A stretch of DNA of 32,000 bases from an uncultured archaeon (GTDB lineage: Archaea; Iainarchaeota; Iainarchaeia; Iainarchaeales; 0-14-0-20-30-16), in contig CAZMGA010000004.1 of assembly GCA_964565725.1 (NCBI GenBank), forward strand, positions 5,954 to 37,953, in the 5' to 3' direction. Made by a program: the position numbers and the translations under genes. Below the pieces are notes generated by a model that was given only the letters and a program-made list of their open reading frames with translations, was not told where the DNA came from and ran no database searches. Shown here piece after piece: positions 24,551-32,000 of the stretch. Within the stretch, counting starts at the first letter, position 1. The number at the start of each line of letters is the position of its first letter.

Positions 24551-25419
24551 TGGTTCTTATGAAATTCTGGAAATATTTTGATTTATTTTATCCTTATGAT
24601 AAACTAATTGAATTTCTCAAAAAAAAAGGTTTTGAAAATAAACCTTTATCTTATTTTATTTTTATAATTTATGCTTTATTATTAGCATTTATTCTTTTAA
24701 AATTATTGGCTTTAATATTGGGCTCGCATGAAGCAATGATGATAGTAGTATCAGGATCTATGGAACCAAAATTAAATGTTGGAGATATAGTTGTTTTGTT
24801 TAGTCCTAAAACAATAAATACTAATTATATAGATTTAAATATGAACATCAAAGATGTACCTATAAGTAATTATGCTGTAGCCAAATATAATATTCCTGAT
24901 TTAAATTTAATTTTAAATAATTCTGAAATGGTTTATTTTATGCTTTATTATAATTTTTTAGAAAAAAATTGTATTGATAAAAATTGTTTATTAACTGATT
25001 TTTATTATAATAAAAAATCAGCAGATTTTGAATATGTAAAAAAAATGTATCTTTCAAAAAAATATAATTTTTATGATTTAAATTTATATATTGATAATAA
25101 ATTAGTAAACTTAGATAATACTTCTGATATCGTGGTTTATTATTCAGAATTACAAAAAAAAGAAATAATCCATAGAGCAGTATTAGGAATAAATGCTTTG
25201 GATGGTACATATTATTTAACAAAAGGAGATAACATAAAAACAAATTTTTTATTTGATGCTGATGGGGGGTTTTATATAAATAATCAAAAAGAATTATTTA
25301 AAGTGGATTATATTTATCCTTCAGCTTTGCCTAAAGAAAAGCTTTTATCTAAACATCTATTTAAAATTCCTTTTTTGGGTTGGGTTAAATTAGGCCCTGC
25401 AAAACTATTTGGATTTTAA
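24550..25419 (+). CDS. Archaeal-type signal peptidase I (Sec11/S26B-like) with a large internal insertion
   Basis: 289 aa. N-terminal TM 'LSYFIFIIYALLLAFILLKLLALIL', Ser box 'VVSGSMEPKLNVGDIVVL', His box 'EIIHRAVL' and 'LTKGDNIKTN'. About 100 N/Y/K/L-rich residues separate the Ser and His boxes. Confidence 0.75.
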   Translation: MVLMKFWKYFDLFYPYDKLIEFLKKKGFENKPLSYFIFIIYALLLAFILLKLLALILGSHEAMMIVVSGSMEPKLNVGDIVVLFSPKTINTNYIDLNMNIKDVPISNYAVAKYNIPDLNLILNNSEMVYFMLYYNFLEKNCIDKNCLLTDFYYNKKSADFEYVKKMYLSKKYNFYDLNLYIDNKLVNLDNTSDIVVYYSELQKKEIIHRAVLGINALDGTYYLTKGDNIKTNFLFDADGGFYINNQKELFKVDYIYPSALPKEKLLSKHLFKIPFLGWVKLGPAKLFGF

Positions 25420-25459
25420 TTGTTTTAATTTGTAAATAACATTAAAAAATAAAAAATAG

Positions 25460-25479
25460 AAAAGTGCGTTTGCACTTTT
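25460..25479. terminator. Hairpin between convergent genes (candidate bidirectional terminator or RNA-stability element)
   Basis: Perfect 8-bp stem AAAAGTGC/GCACTTTT with a GTTT loop. It is flanked by A-runs on one side and T-runs on the other. It lies in the 63-nt gap between the signal peptidase stop (25419) and the aIF5A stop (25483). Confidence 0.3.
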
Positions 25480-25482
25480 AAT

Positions 25483-25881
25483 TTACTTAACTCTAATTAT
25501 TCTAACTTTGTCGTCATCTCTTAAGTATTCAATTTCTGAACCATTTGTTATTTTGCTTAAAATTTCTGCTTCTTTTGGTTTTGGACTAGAAAATGTTTCA
25601 TAAGATTGTAAATCCATTATTTGATAACTTTCTCCCATATCTGCTACAACTTGTGCATTTCCTCTATCTACAATAGGAGATTTTACTTCGTCTCCACCAG
25701 AATATAAGGCATTACATTTCTTATCTGTAAAAACATCTACAGCAACTATTCTTATTTTTGCTGCTCCGTGTTTTCCTGGTTTTGAATGATCTAAAGAAGT
25801 AATTTTACAAGGTAAACCTTCAATATCTATTAGGTTTCCTACTTTTAGACTATTTACTGCAATATATTTGAAATCTGACAT
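25483..25881 (-). CDS. eif5a: Translation initiation factor 5A (aIF5A)
   Basis: 132 aa. Hypusine-site loop 'HSKPGKHGAAKIRIVAVDVFT'. An SD 'aaaggtgag' lies upstream on the minus strand. Confidence 0.9.
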   Translation of the reverse strand: MSDFKYIAVNSLKVGNLIDIEGLPCKITSLDHSKPGKHGAAKIRIVAVDVFTDKKCNALYSGGDEVKSPIVDRGNAQVVADMGESYQIMDLQSYETFSSPKPKEAEILSKITNGSEIEYLRDDDKVRIIRVK

Positions 25882-26094
25882 TATCTCACCTTTTAAATAG
25901 TAATTATTAAATACTTATAAAATAAATTCAAAAGTGTTTATAAATCCTCTTGTAAATACTTATTTTAAAAAGTTTGCTATATTAATATATAATATATTAG
26001 TTGTTGGAAACGAAATTAATATAAATACTTTGAGGTAAATTTATTTACTTATTTTTATATTTATATATAAATTAATAAAAAGAGAGGGATATAA

Positions 26095-26511
26095 ATGACA
26101 AGTGTTTACGATGTTCCTGCGCAAGAATTAATTGCGAAGGTAGCAAATGATTTAAAAAGCAAAATAAAAGCACCTGAATTTTCAGAATATGTTAAAACAG
26201 GGGTTTCAAGAGAAAGAAGTCCGGATGATAAAGATTGGTGGTATACAAGAATAGCTTCTATGTTAAGAACCTTTTATACTAAAAACGCTTTAGGCGTAAA
26301 TATTTTGAGAGGTTATTATGGAGGGGCTAAAAGAAGAGGAGCAGCACCTACAAAACATGAAAAAGGTTCTGGTAAAATAACTAGATTAGCTGTTCAAGAA
26401 TTAGAAAAATTAGGTTATTTACAAAAAACAGAAAAAGGAAGAATAATTACATTAAAAGGTAGACAATATTTAGATAATTTTGCAAAAGATTTGACTAAAA
26501 AAGCAAAGTGA
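26095..26511 (+). CDS. rps19e: Ribosomal protein eS19 (S19e)
   Basis: 138 aa. 'VYDVPAQELIAKVANDLK', 'DWWYTRIASMLR', 'YGGAKRRG' and 'GSGKITRLAVQELEKLGY' are typical of S19e. Confidence 0.9.
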   Translation: MTSVYDVPAQELIAKVANDLKSKIKAPEFSEYVKTGVSRERSPDDKDWWYTRIASMLRTFYTKNALGVNILRGYYGGAKRRGAAPTKHEKGSGKITRLAVQELEKLGYLQKTEKGRIITLKGRQYLDNFAKDLTKKAK

Positions 26512-26515
26512 TTAA

Positions 26516-26746
26516 ATGGATGATAAGGATATAGAACTATTATTATACAAAGTTCTTACTCCAGATGCAAGACAAAGATTAAACAATATTAGATTGATTA
26601 ATGAAGAAAGATATTTGCAAATAAGTAAAATTATTTTATCTTTAGTACAAGGAAATAAAATTAATATTCCTTTAGAAGATGAAGATTTAAAAATATTGTT
26701 AATAAAAACAATGCAAAATAAAGAAATTAATATTATTAGGAAGTGA
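26516..26746 (+). CDS. PDCD5/TFAR19-like DNA-binding protein (short form)
   Basis: 76 aa. 'LLYKVLTPDARQRLNNIRLINEERYLQISKIIL' matches the conserved core of the archaeal PDCD5-related family. It sits in the usual position between S19e and L39e. Confidence 0.65.
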   Translation: MDDKDIELLLYKVLTPDARQRLNNIRLINEERYLQISKIILSLVQGNKINIPLEDEDLKILLIKTMQNKEINIIRK

Positions 26747-26751
26747 ATATT

Positions 26752-26943
26752 ATGAGTACAAATAAAAGTTCAGAATTAAAAACCTTTTTAAGAACTGCAA
26801 GAAGAAAAGTAGGTAAAGGTGTTTTTAGTGCTCCTGTATGGGTTATGCAAAAAACAGGTGAAAGATTATATAATAAAAAAGCTAAAAGAACTTGGGACAA
26901 AACAAGTTTTGGTCATGAGTTTGGTAATAAAAAAGGTGATTAA
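26752..26943 (+). CDS. rpl39e: Ribosomal protein eL39 (L39e)
   Basis: I prefer the ATG at 26752 (with 'aggaagtga' upstream) over the track's GTG at 26743. 'SAPVWVMQKTGERLYNKKAKRTWDKTSF' fits the L39e pattern (P.Wv..kT......n.krR.WRr.kl), and the position is conserved. Confidence 0.7.
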   Translation: MSTNKSSELKTFLRTARRKVGKGVFSAPVWVMQKTGERLYNKKAKRTWDKTSFGHEFGNKKGD

Positions 26944-27375
26944 ATGACTAATTTTGAAGAAAAAAAAATAACTGTTGGTATTGATATTAAAGATAAAAAT
27001 TATAAACATAAAGCAAAACATGCTATGTCTGCTTTTAGACAACAAATCTTAAAACATTTTAGAACTACTAATTGTGTAATATCTAAAAATTTGAATGAAT
27101 TTTTTTGGGCTAAAGGTAGACCAAATGCACCTTCAAAAGTATCTATAATAGGAATCACAAAAAATAATAAAATATATTTATTTTTAGATACTCCCGAAGA
27201 TTTAAAAAACAAAGATATTTTAATTAAAGGTAAGGAAGAAAAAAAAGAAACTAAACCTTCAAAAGATTTAGAATTAAAAACTGAAAGTAAAGATTTAAAT
27301 GTAGAAAAATCAAAACCTTCAAAACCTGCAAAAAAAGTAGAAACTAATGAAAAGAAAAAAGAAAAAAAAAAGTGA
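26944..27375 (+). CDS. rpl31e: Ribosomal protein eL31 (L31e) with a K/E-rich C-terminal extension
   Basis: 143 aa. 'KAKHAMSAFRQQILKHFRTTNCVISKNLNEFFWAKGRPNAPSKVSI' matches the L31e core. The last 50 aa or so form a lysine/glutamate-rich tail. Confidence 0.8.
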   Translation: MTNFEEKKITVGIDIKDKNYKHKAKHAMSAFRQQILKHFRTTNCVISKNLNEFFWAKGRPNAPSKVSIIGITKNNKIYLFLDTPEDLKNKDILIKGKEEKKETKPSKDLELKTESKDLNVEKSKPSKPAKKVETNEKKKEKKK

Positions 27376-27381
27376 AATGAA

Positions 27382-28047
27382 ATGGTAATGGAATTAGAAA
27401 AATTAAAAATAATTGATTCATCACATATTGGAATTCATGTTGCATTAGGAAATAAATTTGCAATAGTTCCTGAAGAAATTAAAAGTAATCAATTAAAAAC
27501 CATTGAAAATATTTTAAAAGTTAAATGTATAAAATATAATATTGCTGGTTCAAACATAAATGGTGTTTTATGTAAAATAATTGATAATAAAATTATTTTA
27601 TCTAAAGCTTCAGAAAAAAAAGATGTTGAATTTTTTAAAAAACAAGGATTTGAGGTTTTAGTTTTAAATTCTTTTTATGCTATAGGTAATTTAATTGCAA
27701 ATTTAAATAATAAAATTATAATAAGTACTGAATTTGATGAAAAAACTACCGAAAAAATAAAAGATTTTTTAGGTATAAAAATAGAAAAATTCATATTAAG
27801 TGATATTTTAACCATTGGAACTTGTGTAATTGCAAACAAAAATGGTTTTGCTATTTCTCCAATTGCTAGTGAAAAAGAAATTTTATATTTTGAAAAATTA
27901 TTAAAAGTTAAAGGTAATATTGCTACAGTAAATTATGGTGATGGATTTATAGGAAATGGATTATTAGTTAATGATTCAGGAGTATTAGTTGGAGAAAATA
28001 CTACTGGTTATGAATTAATTAGAATAAATGATATTTTTTTTGAGTGA
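27382..28047 (+). CDS. eif6: Translation initiation factor 6 (aIF6)
   Basis: 221 aa with five-fold pseudo-repeat character. 'SSHIGIHVALGNKFAIVPEEI', 'GTCVIANKNGFAISP' and 'GNGLLVNDSGVLVGENTTGYEL' are typical of aIF6. Confidence 0.85.
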   Translation: MVMELEKLKIIDSSHIGIHVALGNKFAIVPEEIKSNQLKTIENILKVKCIKYNIAGSNINGVLCKIIDNKIILSKASEKKDVEFFKKQGFEVLVLNSFYAIGNLIANLNNKIIISTEFDEKTTEKIKDFLGIKIEKFILSDILTIGTCVIANKNGFAISPIASEKEILYFEKLLKVKGNIATVNYGDGFIGNGLLVNDSGVLVGENTTGYELIRINDIFFE

Positions 28048-28056
28048 GGTGTTTTT

Positions 28057-28554
28057 ATGGTTGTTAAAAAAGAAGAAAAAGTTAAAAGTACAAAACAAAA
28101 TTCTAAAAAATTAGAAGATATTAATAATGAAAAAAAAGAGGCAAAAAAAATTGAAATAACTCCTCAAATGGCCCAAAAATTATTTGGAGATGAAAGAAAA
28201 AAATTAGAAACTTTAAACAATTCTATTAAAAAAGTTGAATCTGATATTTTTGAATTAGATAAAACCATTTTTACTATAAATCAAATGAAAGATTCTAAAG
28301 AAAATGATATCTTTGTAAATTTAGGTAATGGTGTTTATGTTAAAGCAAAATTAGATAATTCTAATAAATATAATTTAATGACTCCTGCAAACGTAATGTT
28401 AGAAAAAACATCTGAAGAATTATTAGAAAAATTTAATAATAGAAAACAAAATATGTTAAAAGAACATGATAGATTAAAAAATCTTTATTTACAAACAGAA
28501 AAAAATGTTAATCAATTATATACTTTTTTAAACAAAATGCAAAAAAAACAGTAA
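28057..28554 (+). CDS. pfdA: Prefoldin alpha subunit
   Basis: 165 aa. Coiled coil, then beta-hairpin region 'IFVNLGNGVYVKAKLDNSNKYNLMTPANVMLEKTSEE', then coiled coil. It sits in the conserved position upstream of ftsY. Confidence 0.7.
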   Translation: MVVKKEEKVKSTKQNSKKLEDINNEKKEAKKIEITPQMAQKLFGDERKKLETLNNSIKKVESDIFELDKTIFTINQMKDSKENDIFVNLGNGVYVKAKLDNSNKYNLMTPANVMLEKTSEELLEKFNNRKQNMLKEHDRLKNLYLQTEKNVNQLYTFLNKMQKKQ

Positions 28555-28564
28555 ATGATTTGAC

Positions 28565-29800
28565 ATGTTTGAGTTATTAAAAAAGGGTTTAAAGAGTTTA
28601 TCTAATAAAATTGGATTAACAAAACCAGAAGACTCTAAACCCAGTGAAAATTTAGATTCTTCACAAAGTCTTGAAAACCAAAAAGTTATTGAAAAACCAC
28701 CTAAAGAATCTTTTAATAAAACTATTTCTAAACCAATTATTAAAACTGTTAATGAAAATGAAGTTTTAATTACTAAAAAAGAATCTAAAAAAAAATTTAT
28801 TAAAGTTGAAGATAAGAAAATAGAACCAAAATTAGACTTGTCTGAAGAATTAAAAGAATTAGAAAATGAATTAGAAATAGAACAACCAAAATTAAAAGAT
28901 GAAATTAAAGAAGAGCCAAAGCTAGAGAAGAAAGTATCTATTTTTACTAAAATTAAAAGTGCATTTTCTGAAAAATATTTTCTGTCTGAAAAAGAAATAA
29001 ATATTATTTTAGAAGATTTTGAATTATCTTTATTGCAAAGTGATGTTTCATTAGAAGTTAATGAAATTTTAATATCAAATTTAAAAGATAAAATCAAAAG
29101 AGATGGATTAGCAAAAAACAATCAAGACGAATATTTAAAACAAATGTTTTTAGACATTATTTTTGAAAATTATCCTAAATCATTAGATGAAAGTTTTTTT
29201 AAACAATCTAAAAAACCATTTACTATATTATTTGTAGGTACAAATGGTTCAGGTAAGACTACTAATATTGCTAAATTGGGTTATTATTTAAAATCTATAA
29301 ATAAAAGTTGTGTGTTTTCTGCTTCTGATACTTATAGGGCTGCGGCAATTGATCAATTAGAGGGTCATGCAAATATATTAAATATACCTATAATAAAAGG
29401 GAAATATGGTCAAGATCCAGCATCTGTGGCTTATGATGCTGTTAATTTTGCTAAATCCAAGAATTATGATTTTGTTTTAATTGATTCTTCTGGAAGACAA
29501 GATAATTCTCAAAATTTAATGAAAGAATTAGAAAAAATAAAAAGAGTTATAAATCCGGATTATATTGTTTTTGTTGCTGAAGCTATTTCTGGTCAAACAG
29601 CTTTAATGCAAGCAGAATCCTTTAATAAATACACTAACTTTGATGCCTTTATTTTAAGTAAAGTAGATGTTGATGAAAAAGGTGGCACATTATTATCCAT
29701 ATCCTTAGGTTTAAAAAAACCAGTTCTGTTTTTAGGAGTGGGGCAAGAATACAAAGATATTGCCTTTTTTAATAAAAACTTTTTAGATAATGTGATTTAA
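28565..29800 (+). CDS. ftsY: Signal recognition particle receptor FtsY
   Basis: 411 aa. A charged N-terminal A-region is followed by the NG domain: 'FVGTNGSGKTTNIAKL', 'DTYRAAAIDQL', 'IDSSGRQ', 'LSKVDVDEKGG'. Confidence 0.9.
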   Translation: MFELLKKGLKSLSNKIGLTKPEDSKPSENLDSSQSLENQKVIEKPPKESFNKTISKPIIKTVNENEVLITKKESKKKFIKVEDKKIEPKLDLSEELKELENELEIEQPKLKDEIKEEPKLEKKVSIFTKIKSAFSEKYFLSEKEINIILEDFELSLLQSDVSLEVNEILISNLKDKIKRDGLAKNNQDEYLKQMFLDIIFENYPKSLDESFFKQSKKPFTILFVGTNGSGKTTNIAKLGYYLKSINKSCVFSASDTYRAAAIDQLEGHANILNIPIIKGKYGQDPASVAYDAVNFAKSKNYDFVLIDSSGRQDNSQNLMKELEKIKRVINPDYIVFVAEAISGQTALMQAESFNKYTNFDAFILSKVDVDEKGGTLLSISLGLKKPVLFLGVGQEYKDIAFFNKNFLDNVI

Positions 29801-30601
29801 TTAATCATTTAAAATATCTCTAATTTCTTTTTTAATTTTTTTTATTTCGTCTTCATTTAAAGTAGTTATTTTAACTAATTCCTTGTTAGTATAATTTAAA
29901 ATATCTTTAGCAATAATTATTTTTGTGGCAAATAATTTTTCTTTGGTATCATAATCTATTGATTTTATACTAGTAATAGGATATAATTTTTTATTTTCAA
30001 TTAAGCTTTTTAGAGAATCTATTTTAGGGTAATTCCAAGATGTAATTTTTAAACCCACTCCTTTTGCATAATCTAATGCTACATCTACGCATTTAGTGTT
30101 TGTTACTAGCCAAGGAATATCATATTTTTTTACATCTAAAAATCTGGCATAAGTATACATTGCTACGTGTAATTTGGTATGCACCCCAATTTCATTATGA
30201 TATTTACATTCAATCATATACTTTTTTTTATTTTTTTCAGCAATAATATCTACTTCATGTAAAATTATTTTTCCTGGTATTATGTTATCTACTTTTGTTT
30301 TATAATTATAATTTTCTAATATTTTTGCAAAATAAATCTCAAATGGAAATCCAGAAGGACCTAAAGACATTACAGCTCTTTTTAAATCATATCTTTGTGA
30401 AACGCCTGGCTCTTTTTTGAGATTTTCTAAAATTATATCTAAAATTTCTTTAGTTGTAATTCCTTTATAATATTTTTTTGCAATTAATCTTTCTGTTTCT
30501 TTTGCTAATTTTTTAGATGCGCCAGAATCTAATATAGTGTAATATATTTTTTTTGAATTAAAGTTTTGATATTCTCCAGAAGCTTTTAAAACTTGTTTCA
30601 T
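29801..30601 (-). CDS. ATP-cone domain protein fused to a PD-(D/E)xK (Mrr-like restriction endonuclease fold) domain and a C-terminal helical tail
   Basis: 266 aa. The N-terminal ~85 aa fit the ATP-cone pattern ('VLKASGEYQNFNSKKIYYTILDSG...ITTKEILDIILENL...QRYDLKRAV'). Next comes 'FPFEIYFAKILENYNY...HEVDIIAEKNKKKYMIECKYH' (E...D...ExK nuclease core). The C-terminus is 'ELVKITTLNEDEIKKIKKEIRDIL'. Confidence 0.55.
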   Translation of the reverse strand: MKQVLKASGEYQNFNSKKIYYTILDSGASKKLAKETERLIAKKYYKGITTKEILDIILENLKKEPGVSQRYDLKRAVMSLGPSGFPFEIYFAKILENYNYKTKVDNIIPGKIILHEVDIIAEKNKKKYMIECKYHNEIGVHTKLHVAMYTYARFLDVKKYDIPWLVTNTKCVDVALDYAKGVGLKITSWNYPKIDSLKSLIENKKLYPITSIKSIDYDTKEKLFATKIIIAKDILNYTNKELVKITTLNEDEIKKIKKEIRDILND

Positions 30602-30678
30602 AAATACTTAACGAAATAATAAATATAAAGCTTTTTATTAATAAGGCTTTTTATTCCTTTTCTTTTATTATATTATAT

Positions 30679-32000
30679 ATGAGTTTGTTTGGAGATAAAT
30701 TAAGAAGTATTTTTGATAGTTTAAATGAAAAACATTTTATTAATGATGATGTTTTAGATAATACTGCTAAAGAAATTCAAAAAGCCTTAATTTTGGCGGA
30801 TGTAGAAATATCTTTAGTTTTTGAAATATCAAAAAAAATAAAAGAATTAAAAGGTATAGAAATTCCTAATAATCTTAATCCTAAGGAATTTTTAATAAAA
30901 AAAATATATGATATTTTATCTAATTTTTTTGGAGAATCTCCAGATTTTAATAAAACCTATAGAAGAATTTTATTATTAGGTTTATTTGGTTCTGGTAAAA
31001 CTACAACTACTGGAAAACTAGCTAATTTTTACAAAAAAAGTAATAAAACTGTTGGAATTATTGGCGCAGACACTTATAGAATGGCAGCATATGAGCAATT
31101 AAAACAATTTTGTAATGGTTTTGAAGTCTTTGGAAATGTTTCAAAAGATGCAAAAGAAACAGTAGAATTAGGTCTTACAAAATTTAAAGATAAAGACATA
31201 ATTATAGTAGATAGTGCTGGAAGAAGTGCATTAGATGACGAATTATCTAAAGAATTAGAAAATATAAAAAATGCTTTAAAACCTGATTTGTGCTTATTAG
31301 TTTTATCTGCTGATATAGGCCAAATAGCATTAAAACAAGCAGAACAATTTAATAATATTGTAGGATTAAATGGAATAATTATAACTAAAATGGATGGTTC
31401 CGCAAAAGGTGGTGGGGCTTTAGCAGCATGTACTAAATTAAAAATACCTGTATTTTTTATAGCTAATGGTGAAAAGATAGAAGATTTGCAAAAATTTGAT
31501 TCTACTCGATATTTGTCACAAATTATGGGTTATGGGGATTTACAAGGATTATTAGAAAAAATTGATAGTTTAAAAGATGAAGATTTAGAGAACATTACAG
31601 AATTTAATTTTAACACTTATAAGAAACAACTAAAAATGACTTCTAAAATTGGAGGTTTTACTAAATTAGCTGGTATGTTAGGTATTGGTAAAATTCCAAA
31701 AGACGCTATGGGTTTAGCAGAAGATAAAATGAAGCAATTTAATTATATGATTGATTCTATGACTCCTTATGAAAGAACACATCCCGAAGTGTTAACAACA
31801 AATAGATTACAAAGAATTGCTATAGGTTCAGGAACAAAATTAGAGGATGTAAGATTATTAATAAAACAATTTAATATGATGTCTGAAACTATGAATAAAT
31901 TTAAAGACAAAAATCCAGAAGATTTGGGAAAAGAAGATTTACAAAAAGTTATGCAAAAGGAAATGCAAAAGAAGATGAAAAAGAAATTTAAATTAAAATA
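30679..32000 (+). CDS. srp54: Signal recognition particle protein SRP54 (3' end runs to the window edge)
   Basis: Not in the ORF track because no stop lies inside the window. My translation from ATG 30679 starts MSLFGDKLRSIFDSLNEK... It contains 'LLGLFGSGKTTTTGKLA', 'DTYRMAAYEQL', 'DSAGR', 'TKMDGSAKGGGAL' and a Met-rich M domain. The last two bases, 'ta', begin the next in-frame codon, so the stop may lie at 31999-32001. Confidence 0.9.
   Translation, partial: MSLFGDKLRSIFDSLNEKHFINDDVLDNTAKEIQKALILADVEISLVFEISKKIKELKGIEIPNNLNPKEFLIKKIYDILSNFFGESPDFNKTYRRILLLGLFGSGKTTTTGKLANFYKKSNKTVGIIGADTYRMAAYEQLKQFCNGFEVFGNVSKDAKETVELGLTKFKDKDIIIVDSAGRSALDDELSKELENIKNALKPDLCLLVLSADIGQIALKQAEQFNNIVGLNGIIITKMDGSAKGGGALAACTKLKIPVFFIANGEKIEDLQKFDSTRYLSQIMGYGDLQGLLEKIDSLKDEDLENITEFNFNTYKKQLKMTSKIGGFTKLAGMLGIGKIPKDAMGLAEDKMKQFNYMIDSMTPYERTHPEVLTTNRLQRIAIGSGTKLEDVRLLIKQFNMMSETMNKFKDKNPEDLGKEDLQKVMQKEMQKKMKKKFKLK

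Noticed and set aside
30630-30655. Direct repeat GCTTTTTATT x2 (30630-30639 and 30646-30655) in the srp54 / ATP-cone nuclease divergent spacer
   Set aside because: This is a short T-rich word in a 77-nt AT-rich promoter spacer. It probably reflects overlapping TATA-like elements of the two divergent promoters, and there is no further support.
1-32000. Search for CRISPR arrays, transposases/IS elements, reverse transcriptase/DGR components, toxin-antitoxin pairs, rRNA or other structured ncRNA (C/D box RUGAUGA...CUGA in spacers)
   Set aside because: I saw no regularly spaced direct repeats, no recombinase- or RT-like ORFs, and no C/D box pairs in intergenic DNA. The only GC-rich islands outside coding sequence are the two tRNAs and the short hairpin at 25460-25479.

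Overview
Very AT-rich (roughly a quarter GC by eye) and extremely gene-dense archaeal chromosome segment. I call about 40 protein genes and 2 tRNAs. Intergenic spacers are mostly under 80 nt, many starts and stops overlap, and GGTG-type Shine-Dalgarno motifs precede many starts. The content is clearly archaeal: Orc1/Cdc6, class I CCA-adding enzyme, RNase Z, Lhr and XPD helicases, NDK, TldD/PmbA, a NOL1/NOP2/Sun methyltransferase, and the conserved blocks Zn-ribbon/aEF-1beta/Csl4/Rpo11/signal peptidase and eS19/PDCD5-like/eL39/eL31/aIF6/prefoldin-alpha/FtsY, followed by SRP54. Low GC, small proteins and this compaction suggest a reduced-genome (DPANN-like) archaeon, but that is inference only. 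All functional calls rest on motif recognition by eye, with no database search. Most of the window is housekeeping. The only clearly accessory block is about 1.3-4.7 kb. It holds a minimal archaeosortase-like membrane protein, a 10-residue tandem-repeat protein interrupted by one in-frame TAA, and a translationally coupled cassette of four type IV pilin-like (class III signal peptide) ORFs behind a coiled-coil protein. Other notable items are a Nob1-type PIN domain fused to the CCA-adding enzyme and divergently paired with RNase Z, an RsmF-like methyltransferase split at an A7 slippery run in a -1 configuration, and an ATP-cone plus PD-(D/E)xK nuclease gene between ftsY and srp54. I saw no CRISPR array, transposase, integrase or rRNA.
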